Assembly (NCBI GenBank): GCA_963719315.1
Contig: CAVRBU010000019.1
Coordinates: forward strand, 1 to 34,919
Direction: 5' to 3'
DNA from: an uncultured Planctomycetota bacterium
GTDB taxonomy: Bacteria > Planctomycetota > Planctomycetia > Pirellulales > Lacipirellulaceae
DNA length: 34,919 bases
Part shown: positions 9,666-19,331 of the stretch, in pieces
How the letters are laid out: the number at the start of each line of letters is the position of its first letter
How positions within the stretch are numbered: the stretch's first letter is position 1
Notes under the pieces: generated by a model
Database searches by the model: none
Told to the model about the DNA's origin: nothing
Seen by the model: only the letters and a program-made list of their open reading frames with translations
Made by a program: the position numbers and the translations under genes

Positions 9666-10307
9666 CTACGTTTTTTCCTCGGCCTCTTCCTCTTCGTCGG
9701 CCTTGCCCTTGCTGATGACTTCCGGCTCGGCGGCGCCTTCTTCGCCTTCGGCTTCCTCTTCCTCGGAGACTGGAAGTATGCAGTGGGCGATCATCGCGTC
9801 TTCGTCCGAAAAAATCGTCGCGCCGGGGGGCAGGTCGATGATGTCTTTTGCGGTCAGTTGTCCGTCGATCTGCAAGTTCTTAATGCTGAGGTGCAGCTTT
9901 TCGGGAATGACGTCGAGGGAGACTTCGATTTCGATCGAGTGAATCATCTGCTCGATGATGCCGCCGTCGCGGACGCCGGGCGATTCGCCGCGGAGTTCGA
10001 CCGGCACATCGATCGTAACTTTTTCACCAGCCCGCACGCGGAGCAAATCGACGTGGAGCACGTGCTGGAGGAATGGATCCCATTGCACATCTTGCAGCAG
10101 CGCCTTTCCGCTGGCCGCTCCGTCCAGATCGACGACCTTCGCGCCGTGGCGCAAGGAGGCCTCGAACTGGTCGGCCGCGAGAGTCAGGCTGACTGACTCT
10201 TCGCCGTGCCCATAGAGCACGGCGGGCAACCGGCCTGCGCGGCGGAGCCGCTCATTGTTGCGTTTACCGAACGATTTACGTGTTTCGACTTTAAGTAACT
10301 CGGACAT
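9666..10307 (-). CDS. rplY: 50S ribosomal protein L25/Ctc (long form)
   Basis: RLRRAGRLPAVLYG, LHVDLLRV, acidic tail EPEVISKGK; start set at MSELLKV. Confidence 0.95.
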   Translation of the reverse strand: MSELLKVETRKSFGKRNNERLRRAGRLPAVLYGHGEESVSLTLAADQFEASLRHGAKVVDLDGAASGKALLQDVQWDPFLQHVLHVDLLRVRAGEKVTIDVPVELRGESPGVRDGGIIEQMIHSIEIEVSLDVIPEKLHLSIKNLQIDGQLTAKDIIDLPPGATIFSDEDAMIAHCILPVSEEEEAEGEEGAAEPEVISKGKADEEEEAEEKT

Positions 10308-10384
10308 GGCACTACCATCCGACTGAAAATTGGCGCCTACGGGGCACGCCGAACGATCGCGTCCCCCCCGCATTGGAACCACTC

Positions 10385-10413
10385 ATTGTGGCGTTCGGAA
10401 GGTTGGCCTTCAA
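10385..10413 (-). promoter_or_regulatory. Putative sigma-70 promoter of the rplY-pth operon
   Basis: Minus strand TTGAAG-N17-CACAAT, about 80 nt upstream of rplY. Confidence 0.45.
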
Positions 10414-10440
10414 GCCCAAGTGAAGACTGGTAGTGCCCTA

Positions 10441-11619
10441 TACCCTACGCGGCCAGCAATGAGACATCTTCGAATCGCTGAAAGTTGAGCGTCATGAGGG
10501 ATTTGAGGGGTTCGGCGTGGCGGGTTGCGAGGTCGGCGATTGTTTCTTGGATGGCGGCTTGAAACTCTTGAAATCCGGGATGGTAACGCCCATAGATGGC
10601 CCGCCGCTTGATGAACTTCCAAAGCCGTTCGATGAGGTTCAGGTTCGGCGAGTAGGAGGGCAGGAACAGCAGCGTGATTTCCAGTTGCGTCGCCAACGCT
10701 TGCACCGCGGCGTTACGTTGGTAGCGAGGGTTGTCCAGCACCAACGTGATCGGTCCGGCCAGACCGAGGGCAGCGATCTTCCGCAACAGCTCGCACATCG
10801 TTTCCGTGTTGACGACCGTGGTGTTGGTCACGCTTACCAGTTCGCGGGTCACGGCGTTCCAGGCTCCCAGGACATTGAACCGCTGGCGGCCCGAGGCGGC
10901 CCGCACGAAGATTCGCGTGAACGACCACAAGCAGCACAGGAACGTCCCGTACACAAAGTGGGCCGCATCGACGAAGAAGACGTGTCCCCGCCCTCGGGCG
11001 GCGGCGTCGAGGCGGGGCTTCAGTTCGAACGTCGTGAAACAGGGCCTGCGCGGCGACATGCTGGGCCAAGTTTTTTTGGGCGGCACGGGGAGCGCCCGGA
11101 CCCGCTGCCACTTGAGTCCCATGTCTTTCAGGAACTTGCGAGTTTGCGACAGTCCCCGCCGCAGGCCGGTCAGTTGGTAAATGCGTTCGCAGGCTTCCGC
11201 AGTCGTGCGGACCGGCTGGTTCTCGAACAACGCGCGGATCACGTCGCGATAGGCGGCCAAGTCGCTCACGGGCCCTTGCACATTCCACCGCCGCAGACCC
11301 TCCAACCCGCCATCACGATAGGCCGCAACGTACCGCCCGACGGTCGCCACTCCGACCCCCGCCAATTTCGCCGCCTGGGATCGCTTCAAACCACACTGCA
11401 GCGACCACAACACCAGCATCTTGCGGCGGACATGCGACTCCGGATGAGACTCCCGCTCGGCCGCGACAATTCGCTGTTCCTCTTCCGTCAATCGGACTCG
11501 AAACCAAGCCATGACAGCCCTCCTTGCCAGCAACACGCCATCCTCCTCGATGGCGACATAAGGGCCTTGTACAACAAATCAGCTACTCGGGAACAGATCA
11601 TTTATCCCCACGCAGGGTA
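10441..11619 (-). mobile_element. IS630-family insertion sequence, copy 2 (inverted relative to copy 1)
   Basis: Same terminal repeats; TA on both sides (10439-10440, 11620-11621); differs from copy 1 by about four substitutions and one extra base at 11027. Confidence 0.95.
10445..11512 (-). CDS. IS630 transposase as a single 355-aa ORF
   Basis: HTH and DDE parts in one frame because of the 1-bp insertion at 11027. Confidence 0.88.
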   Translation of the reverse strand: MAWFRVRLTEEEQRIVAAERESHPESHVRRKMLVLWSLQCGLKRSQAAKLAGVGVATVGRYVAAYRDGGLEGLRRWNVQGPVSDLAAYRDVIRALFENQPVRTTAEACERIYQLTGLRRGLSQTRKFLKDMGLKWQRVRALPVPPKKTWPSMSPRRPCFTTFELKPRLDAAARGRGHVFFVDAAHFVYGTFLCCLWSFTRIFVRAASGRQRFNVLGAWNAVTRELVSVTNTTVVNTETMCELLRKIAALGLAGPITLVLDNPRYQRNAAVQALATQLEITLLFLPSYSPNLNLIERLWKFIKRRAIYGRYHPGFQEFQAAIQETIADLATRHAEPLKSLMTLNFQRFEDVSLLAA

Positions 11620-11736
11620 TAAAGCGAGTTTCATTTCAATCAGCGACTCTTCCTCTTCGCTAAGCTTCAGAAGCTCTTTGACGGTACCAACCTTCCACCC
11701 GGCCGCGGCGAGCCGCTGGGCTTTTGAACGATTCAT
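11620..11736 (-). pseudogene. 5' half of the XRE/HigA-type antitoxin gene interrupted by IS630
   Basis: Hand translation MNRSKAQRLAAAGWKVGTVKELLKLSEEEESLIEMKLAL ends exactly at the TA target. Confidence 0.9.
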
Positions 11737-11749
11737 AGCACACCCTTCA

Positions 11750-11893
11750 TCAACTTATTGCATCGTAAAGTTTCAGTCGTGATTTGCATTTCACGATGAT
11801 TTCGACCGGCGTCCGGCTGGTTTTCTTCGAATATATCTCCGCAATTACGATCGCGTCGGTGTCAATTCGATACACAATTCGCCAATTGACATC
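11750..11893 (-). pseudogene. 3' remnant of a RelE/HigB (Gp49-like) toxin gene
   Basis: Hand translation DVNWRIVYRIDTDAIVIAEIYSKKTSRTPVEIIVKCKSRLKLYDAIS*; no 5' half; immediately upstream of the XRE start. Confidence 0.8.
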
Positions 11894-11895
11894 TA

Positions 11896-11913
11896 TATGT
11901 CAAATATGACATA
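11896..11913. promoter_or_regulatory. Operator-like palindrome of the decayed TA operon
   Basis: TATGTCA-N4-TGACATA in an AT-rich patch, within a minus-strand TTGCAT-N17-TATAGA arrangement. Confidence 0.6.
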
Positions 11914-11994
11914 AATGCAATCAGAGCTTTGGCGCATGCAGGAGGCCTGCAAAATCGGCATTTTCGTAGCAGGCATCGGGGTACCCGGCAGCCG

Positions 11995-12073
11995 AGTCGG
12001 CATGCCGTAGCCGTACGACGAATACGTGACGTTTTTACCAAGGCGGTTACGGCGCACGGAGCGTGCCTGCTAC
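11995..12073. repeat. REP-like inverted doublet
   Basis: GAGTCGGCATGCCGTAGCCGTA ... TACGGCGCACGGAGCGTGCCTGCTACT; partial copy GTAGTAGGCACACTCCG near 13538. Confidence 0.55.
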
Positions 12074-12103
12074 TTTGCAGCGCTCCTGTTCCCGCATGGG
12101 TAA

Positions 12104-12598
12104 TCAATACCCGTACCGGTACGTCGTCCGCACCTTATCTCCGTAGTATCCCCGGTGCCAAATCATGCGCGGGTTGCTCGCCTCGGCGCCGAAGTATCCC
12201 CAGCGGTAACTCTGCATGGGGAAGCCGTAGTCATACCCGCCGGTCGCTCGGGGTATGCGCCCCAACTGGATTTGCGACTGCATCGGCTGCTGCAGACCCC
12301 GGAAGTACGACTCTTCGAACACGCCGCCGCCGTACTGCATGTACGACTGCATGCCGGGCGGCATGTTCGAACGCGCTTTGAATTGCGGCGCATCGGCGCG
12401 CGTTTTCCCCCTCCCTTGTAGGGAGGGGCCAGGGGAGGGTTCGGCCCGATCAGATGAAACGTTGCTCTGCGGCGGCGTAGGCAGAGTGTCTTCGCCCGCC
12501 AGACAACGCATGCACGCCGACGGCGTGCTAACAGCGACGACCCAAACAAGTATGCGCGACCCGAACCACCGCGCAAAAGTAGAAAAATGCGAATCCAT
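12104..12598 (-). CDS. Hypothetical Tyr/Gly-rich protein, possibly exported; start uncertain
   Basis: Hydrophobic N-terminal stretch; C-terminal YDYGFPMQSYRWGYFGA...HRGYYG. Confidence 0.55.
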   Translation of the reverse strand: MDSHFSTFARWFGSRILVWVVAVSTPSACMRCLAGEDTLPTPPQSNVSSDRAEPSPGPSLQGRGKTRADAPQFKARSNMPPGMQSYMQYGGGVFEESYFRGLQQPMQSQIQLGRIPRATGGYDYGFPMQSYRWGYFGAEASNPRMIWHRGYYGDKVRTTYRYGY

Positions 12599-12758
12599 CC
12601 TTGCCTCCCTGCAACTGTTCAATTCATACCCGGGTGCTCGGGTGCCACTCGCCGCGGCGAGTGCTCTTACAGCCTAACCCTTGCAGCCTATTACCTCGTT
12701 CGACGTGCCAGCAGTGTCGATCACGAATCGAAGTGAATGCCACTCGCCGCGGCAAGCG

Positions 12759-13328
12759 CTATTTGCTCGGCGCCGGCAGACGCTCGCTTCCTTGCCCCAC
12801 AGCCCCGCCTTGATTGTTCGACTCCGCCGCTGGCCCCGGCTGCCCCATCACCGCCCCCGGCGGTAACGCGTACGGCGTCCAAACCGATCCCTCAACTCCT
12901 TGCGACTGAACACCAGGCTCAGCACCCCAACCCCCAGCCCCTGGTTCCACGCCACCCACTCCCCAACCTCCATTCACCACCTGCGGCGTGCCGAACGGCG
13001 TGCCATACAAGTTGCCGAAATAAGGCGCGTAACTGCCGCCCCACCGCATCTTGTAATAATCCAAGTGATAAGGATACGGCCGCTGGAACCAACCGCTCTG
13101 CACTTGTGGCGCAATCCACGGCGATGGCTGAAAACGCTTATTCCGCCATCGATCGTTCCAGTTCGGTCCCCTATCGCCGGAGTGACGCTGATAAACGGGC
13201 GGCGGCCCATTCTGCGGCCCGCCATTTCCATTCTGCTGCGGCTGTGCCCGCGTCACCAAGGCGCCAATGAGCGCGACACACGCGGCACAAACGCCCACCA
13301 GTCCCCAACGAAAAGCTTCGCGGATCAC
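12759..13328 (-). CDS. Hypothetical exported Pro/Gly/Tyr/Trp-rich protein
   Basis: Signal peptide ending TRA-Q; core GWFQRPYPYHLDYYKMRWGGSYAPYFGNLYG; GGAG before GTG start. Confidence 0.7.
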   Translation of the reverse strand: MIREAFRWGLVGVCAACVALIGALVTRAQPQQNGNGGPQNGPPPVYQRHSGDRGPNWNDRWRNKRFQPSPWIAPQVQSGWFQRPYPYHLDYYKMRWGGSYAPYFGNLYGTPFGTPQVVNGGWGVGGVEPGAGGWGAEPGVQSQGVEGSVWTPYALPPGAVMGQPGPAAESNNQGGAVGQGSERLPAPSK

Positions 13329-13715
13329 GCCACTATCTCCCTGTTTTCGACCAGATTAGTGCCCAGCTTTCATGCTAAGCAGCGTCCCGGACGAACGCCA
13401 AGAAAATAGGCTGGCTACGTGAGTTGCACGGCAGGTTCCACTGCTAGCGCCTGCATCAAACGCTACAGGCGTTACAACAGGTCCGAGTAGATTCCTTCTG
13501 CCGGAAGGGGTCAAAACCAGCCAGGACGACCGCAAAGTAGTAGGCACACTCCGAGCTTGTGAGTTTTTCAAAATTGTGAAGCCTCATCACAACATGTAGG
13601 GTGGGCACCGGCGCTCGGTACTCCCTCTCCCTTGGGAGAGAGAAGGATAAGCGTGCTTTGTTCTTCGCCGCCTTTTTTCCGGCTAACGACGAATCGCTAA
13701 TCGCTTGGTTCCGAC

Positions 13716-14009
<294 letters not shown>

Positions 14010-14092
14010 CTATTGCCCCTCAACTATCGACCCTCAACTATCGACCCTCAACTATCGACCCTCAACTATCGACCCTCAACCCTCGCCCCTCA
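14010..14092. repeat. 14-bp repeat CTATCGA-CCCTCAA (about 5 units) continuing the 7-bp phase up to the aldo/keto reductase stop codon
   Basis: Read directly from the sequence. Confidence 0.9.
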
Positions 14093-15085
14093 CGGCCGTT
14101 TCGCCGGGCTCACCGTCTTCTTCGGATCACGCTCGACCACATCGCCCAGCACCTCATCGATCCGCTTCATGATGGCTCCATCCAATACCACGCCGCTCGC
14201 CTTCACATTGTCGCGCACCTGTTCCGGCCGGGAGGCGCCGACGATCGCCGACGACACATTGCGGTTTTGCAGCACCCACGCCACCGCGAGCTGCGCCATC
14301 GAGAGTCCCGCCTCCGCGGCGATCGGTTTCAGTTGCTGAACGCGCGTGAGCACATCATCCGTCATGAATCGAGCGATGAACTGCGCGCCCGCCTCGCTCG
14401 TCGCCCGGCTGCCTGCCGGCGGCGGCTGCCTGGGCAGGTACTTCCCGCTCAAAACGCCCTGGGCCATCGGCGACCATACAATCTGTCCCATGCCCAGCTT
14501 CTCGCAGGCCGGAATCACCTCGGCCTCGATCACTCTCCACAACATCGAGTACTGCGGCTGGTTGCTAATGAATGGAACCTTGAGTTCTCGCGCAAGCGCG
14601 CCGGCGCGCCCAATCTGCTCGGCCGTCCATTCCGACACGCCGACATAAAGCACCTTCCCCTGTCGCACCAGGTCGGCCAGCGCGAGCATCGTCTCTTCGA
14701 GCGGCGTCTCAAAGTCAAAGCGATGAGCCTGGTAGAGATCCACGTAATCCGTACGCAGCCGCCGCAAGCTGCCATGAATCGATTCCAGAATGTGCTTGCG
14801 CGACAGCCCGCGATCGTTCATCCCCGGCCCCGTCGGCCAGTACACCTTGGTAAAAATCTCCAGCCCCTGCCGCCGCTCCCCCGCGAGCACCTCCCCCAAC
14901 ACCTCCTCCGCCTTGGTCTTGGCATAGATATCGGCCGTATCGAACGTAGTGATCCCCTCTTCGAGCGCCGCCCGCACACAGTCAATCGCCGTCTCCTTCT
15001 CCACCTGCGACCCGTGCGTGATCCAGTTGCCGTAAGAAATCTCACTAACGACGAGGCCGCTTTGGCCCAGATGTCGATGGTTCAT
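14090..15085 (-). CDS. Aldo/keto reductase (Kv-beta/Tas-like)
   Basis: LGQSGLVVSEISYG, FDTADIY, DYVDLYQAH, GKVLYVGVSEW, WSPMAQGVLSGKY, IVGASRPEQ. Confidence 0.96.
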   Translation of the reverse strand: MNHRHLGQSGLVVSEISYGNWITHGSQVEKETAIDCVRAALEEGITTFDTADIYAKTKAEEVLGEVLAGERRQGLEIFTKVYWPTGPGMNDRGLSRKHILESIHGSLRRLRTDYVDLYQAHRFDFETPLEETMLALADLVRQGKVLYVGVSEWTAEQIGRAGALARELKVPFISNQPQYSMLWRVIEAEVIPACEKLGMGQIVWSPMAQGVLSGKYLPRQPPPAGSRATSEAGAQFIARFMTDDVLTRVQQLKPIAAEAGLSMAQLAVAWVLQNRNVSSAIVGASRPEQVRDNVKASGVVLDGAIMKRIDEVLGDVVERDPKKTVSPAKRP

Positions 15086-15193
15086 GGTGCCTCACCTTTC
15101 CTTCCTACGTTGTCGAGAGACGCTATAAGTTTTATAACATGCTCACTAAATTACCAATCCTGTCAACGGACGCCGAACATCGGGCACTGCGGA

Positions 15194-18100
15194 ATGCTTG
15201 ACCTAAAGACGGCAATTGCTCGATTCGGCGCCGAAGCAAAAGCGAAGCTTTCCAACCCCAGCGCGACCGGCGAGCCAGAAGACCAACTCCGTGCTCCGCT
15301 GGAAACGCTCTTCGCCGATCTTGCGGAATTGTGCGGATTCAAGCGCGCATGGATCGCGGCCGTCGGCGAGTCCTCTCTCTCCACGCTCAAGACGCGACCC
15401 GATTACGCCATCACGCTCCGAAACGTGCTGGTCGGCTTCGTGGAAGTCAAAGCGCCCGGCAAAGGCGCCGACCCGCGACGCTACAAAGGGCACGACAAAG
15501 AACAATGGGAAAAATTGCAATCCGTTCCCAACTTATTGTACACCGATGGTAACTCGTTCAGTCTGTGGCAAAACGGAGAACCCGTCGGTTCGATCGTCAA
15601 GCTAGAGGGCGACATCGAATCGTCGGGCGCGAAACTCGCTGCCCCAGCGGAACTTGTCGCGCGGTTTGACAACTTTCTTCGCTGGGAACCGATTTCGCCA
15701 AAGTCCGCTGCGGAGCTTGCCAACGTCTCGGCCCGGCTCTGCCGATTACTTCGCGACGAAGTCACCGAACAACTCGCCGAGAAAAGCCCAGCGCTCACCG
15801 CGCTCGCCGCCGACTGGCGGAAGCTTCTCTTCCCTGAAGCGAACAACGCGCAATTCGCCGATGGCTATGCGCAGGCCGTCACGTTCGGCCTCCTAATGGC
15901 CCGATCGAGCAACATCCGACTCGCCGACGGCCTCGATCAGGCCGCCAAGCAACTCGGCAAGACAAACTCACTCATCGGCGCGGCCCTGCGCCTGCTCACC
16001 GACGAAGCCGGCAGCGACGCCACATTGAAGACATCGCTTGGCACGCTCGTTCGCGTGCTCGACGCCGTGAATTGGCAGGCGATCAGTAAGGGAAAGCCCG
16101 ACGCTTGGCTCTACTTCTACGAAGACTTTCTCGCCGTCTACGATAACAAGCTGCGTAAACTCACCGGCTCGTATTACACGCCGCCAGAAGTCGTCGAGCC
16201 GATGATTCGCCTGGTGGATGATGTGCTTCGCAAGCATTTCGGCCGCAACGCCGGCTTGGCTTCGGCAGATGTGACACTTGCCGACCCCGCCGTGGGAACA
16301 GGCACGTTTATTCTCGGCGTGCTGCGACGCATCGCCGCCGCCGTCGAGGCCGACGAGGGACAAGGGGCTGTGCCGCAGGCCATTCAGTCGGCTATCGATC
16401 GGTTGATCGCATTCGAGATGCAACTTGGGCCCTTCGCGGTCGCTCAACTTCGCGTGTACGCCGAATTGATCCACCTGATCGGCAAACCGCCCCGAACGGC
16501 CCCGCAAATGTTCGTCACCGATACGTTGGACAACCCCTATGCGCATGTCGAGGAACTGGGCTCGTTGTACCGCACCATCTCCGAATCGCGCCTGCAAGCC
16601 AACGAGATCAAGCGTACAAAACCGATCACGGTCGTGATCGGCAATCCGCCGTACAAAGAAAAAGCGAAGGGACGCGGCGGTTGGGTTGAGGACGAGCAGC
16701 TTAGCAAATGGATGCCGCCCGCCGATTGGGGCGTCGGCGCTCATGCCAAGCACTTGCGCAATTTGTACGTCTATTTCTGGCGCTGGGCTACCTGGAAAGT
16801 CTTCGACCACGATCCAAACATCGACACCGGAATCGTTTGCTTCATCACAGTCGCGGGCTTCCTCAACGGGCCCGGCTTTCAGGCCATGCGCGATTACCTG
16901 CGCCGCACGGCCGACCGCATTTGGGTGATCGATTGCTCGCCCGAAGGCCACCAACCGGATGTGCCAACGCGCATCTTTCAAGCCGTGCAGCAACCGGTCT
17001 GCATTGTGCTAGCCGCGCGAGCGAAGAAGAAAAAAGCCGACACGCCGGCAGAAGTGAAATACGCGGTGCTGCCGGCCGGTAAGCGCGAAGAGAAGTTTGC
17101 GGCCCTGGCGAAACTCAAGCTCACATCGAAGGCTTGGCAGAATTGTTCGACCGACTGGCGAGCGCCGTTTTTGCCTGCGGTCGCTGGTGACTGGGGGAGC
17201 TATCCGGCCCTCGACGCACTGTTCGCCTACAACGGTTCGGGCGTCATGCCGGGACGCACGTGGATCATTGCGCCAGATGCGGAATCACTACAACAGCGGT
17301 GGCGAAGGCTCATTCGCGCGAAACCGGATCAAAAGCAAGAACTGTTCGTCCCGCATTTGAACAAGGGCAAACTCGGTGACCGACACGTTGAACGCGAAGT
17401 GAAAAAAGGACTTCCTGGATTCCCTGATAATCCAACTCCCATTGCCAAGGAGCGCGGCGACTGCCTTCCACCGGTTCACTACGGGTTTCGGTCGTTTGAC
17501 CGCCAGTGGATCATTCCAGACAATCGCGTTCTCAATCGCCCCAATCCCGAGTTGTGGCGTTCGCACGGCGAAACGCAAGTTTATCTGACGGCGCCGAGCG
17601 ATCGTTCGCCGACTGCTGGTCCGGCGCTTTCATTCACAACGCTGTTACCCGATTTGCATCACTACAACGGCCGTGGCGGTCGCGTCTTCCCCCTCTGGCG
17701 TGATTCGGCCGCGACGCAACCCAACTTGTCGCCTAAGCTCCTGGAGGCTCTGGCATCGCAGTATAAGGTGTCGGTTACTCCAGAGAAGATTTTTTCGCGT
17801 ATCTCGCCGGCGTCGCGGCCAACCCGGCATTCACGGAGCGGTTCCAAAAGGACCTGGCGCAACCTGGCCTGCGAATTCCCCTCACGATGCAATCGACGTT
17901 GTTCAAAAACGCGGTCGAGTTGGGCCGGCGCATCATCTGGCTGCACACATTCGGCGAGCGGTATATCGACCTCAAGGCGAAGCGCCCGAAAGGACCGCCC
18001 CGAATGCCGAAAGGGCAGACGCCGCACATCCCGAAGGAAGGCCAGATTCCAGACGATCCCGCTTCCATGCCTGACGAAATCGGGTACGATGAAAGCAAAC

Positions 18101-18411
18101 GCCGCTTGCTCGTCGGCACGGGCTTCATCGAAAACGTATCGCCCGCCGTGTGGAACTACGAAGTCTCCGGCAAACGCGTGTTGACGCAATGGTTCAGCTA
18201 TCGAAAGAAAAACAGAGAGCGGCCGATCATCGGCGACCGCCGGCCGCCCTCGAAGCTCGGCGATATTCAGCCCGACCACTGGCTGGCCGAGTACACGACC
18301 GAGCTGCTCAACGTCCTGAACGTCTTGGCACTGCTCGTGGAGAGCGAGCCAGACCAGGCGCAACTGCTGGAGGCAATCTGTGCAGGACCAACCCTCGAAT
18401 TCTCCCGATAA
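15194..18411 (+). pseudogene. Fused restriction-modification enzyme (PD-(D/E)xK nuclease, N6-adenine methyltransferase, type ISP-like specificity domain), frameshifted near 17785
   Basis: RPDYAI...FVEVK, GSYYTP, DPAVGTGTF, IGNPPY, YGFRSFDRQW; the C-terminus (AYLAGV...PGLRIPLT, VWNYEVSGKRVLTQWFSYRK) is in another frame. Confidence 0.85.
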
Positions 18412-18757
18412 GAGCGAGCCGCCGAGATCAAGGACCATCCCGGACGACTTTATCTGGGATGAAGAGACGCAAGGCTGGTATCCCCCGGGTGAACCGTCCA
18501 CCTACGACCCGACCGAATGGCGGCGCGAATTCGAGGCGGCGCGCCGACGGGGAGAGTTCGACGGAGGATTGATTACCGTCGATGATCTGCGGGCCGCCGG
18601 CGCGCTCGATGTGCCCGCGGCGTGGCGGAAGTCGCTCGGCGGCGAAGAGCGCCGCCATCTTCTCCCTGGATTCGAGGACGACGACGAACACGCCGCGTCG
18701 CAATCCGCCACGCAAATCGATTCCGACCTCGATGATACTGCGGACGAACTTTCGTAA
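18380..18757 (+). CDS. Hypothetical acidic protein
   Basis: 125-aa ORF overlapping the R-M gene end; protein-like composition only. Confidence 0.4.
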   Translation: MQDQPSNSPDKSEPPRSRTIPDDFIWDEETQGWYPPGEPSTYDPTEWRREFEAARRRGEFDGGLITVDDLRAAGALDVPAAWRKSLGGEERRHLLPGFEDDDEHAASQSATQIDSDLDDTADELS

Positions 18758-18974
18758 GCAGCGCGGCGAGGAAGCGCGCGTCTTGAGCCGCTACTTCGCG
18801 CCGCCTTCCACCGGCTTGCCGTTCGCCAGCAGCTTTGAAATGGTCGAGTGTTGCGGGTCGAGGGTCGAGAGCCAGATAGTCAAGCCAGCGCATGAGCACG
18901 CAGGCGTCCGTCGCCGACCCCGTTTTGACTCGTACAAGTCGCAAGTGTTAGGATTTCCGGCCGATGGGCCTGAT

Positions 18975-19003
18975 TTGACAATATAACATAAAGGTTATAT
19001 TAT
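18975..19003 (+). promoter_or_regulatory. Near-consensus sigma-70 promoter with overlapping operator palindrome
   Basis: TTGACA-N17-TATTAT; AATATAAC-N6-GTTATATT at 18980-19001. Confidence 0.8.
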
Positions 19004-19010
19004 TGTGTTC

Positions 19011-19331
19011 ATGGCCGGACCTCGCAAGTTTCAATCGCTGCGGGACAAGCTGACCCCCGCCCAGCGCGAGCGCTCCAAGGCTCGTGTGAGCGAACTGCAG
19101 AAGGAAATGCTGCTGTCTGAGCTTCGCAAGTTGGCTGGCCAAACGCAGCAGGCACTTGCCGACGAACTCGGCGTTTCACAGCCGTGCCTTTCCAAGATGG
19201 AGAAGCAAACCGATATGCAAATCGGTACGCTCAGTCGCATCGTCGAGTCGCTCGGCGGCCGCCTCGAGCTCATTGCCCACATGCCCGCTGGAGATGTCGT
19301 TCTAACGCAATTTGCGAAGCATTCTGTTTAA
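19011..19331 (+). CDS. XRE-family HTH regulator (HigA-like antitoxin), no adjacent toxin
   Basis: LSELRKLAGQTQQALADELGVSQPCLSKMEKQTDMQIGTLSRIVESLGGRLELIA. Confidence 0.9.
   Translation: MAGPRKFQSLRDKLTPAQRERSKARVSELQKEMLLSELRKLAGQTQQALADELGVSQPCLSKMEKQTDMQIGTLSRIVESLGGRLELIAHMPAGDVVLTQFAKHSV

Noticed and set aside
2..11619. Composite transposon carrying dnaB and bamA as cargo
   Set aside because: The flanks are better explained by two independent insertions plus inversion; the enclosed genes are an ordinary core operon.
14013..14339. ORF with LNYRPST repeats
   Set aside because: Translation of the 14-bp repeat, antisense to the aldo/keto reductase.
14267..15193. N-terminal 309 aa of the 1305-aa ORF
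   Set aside because: Antisense shadow of the aldo/keto reductase; the R-M protein plausibly starts at ATG 15194.
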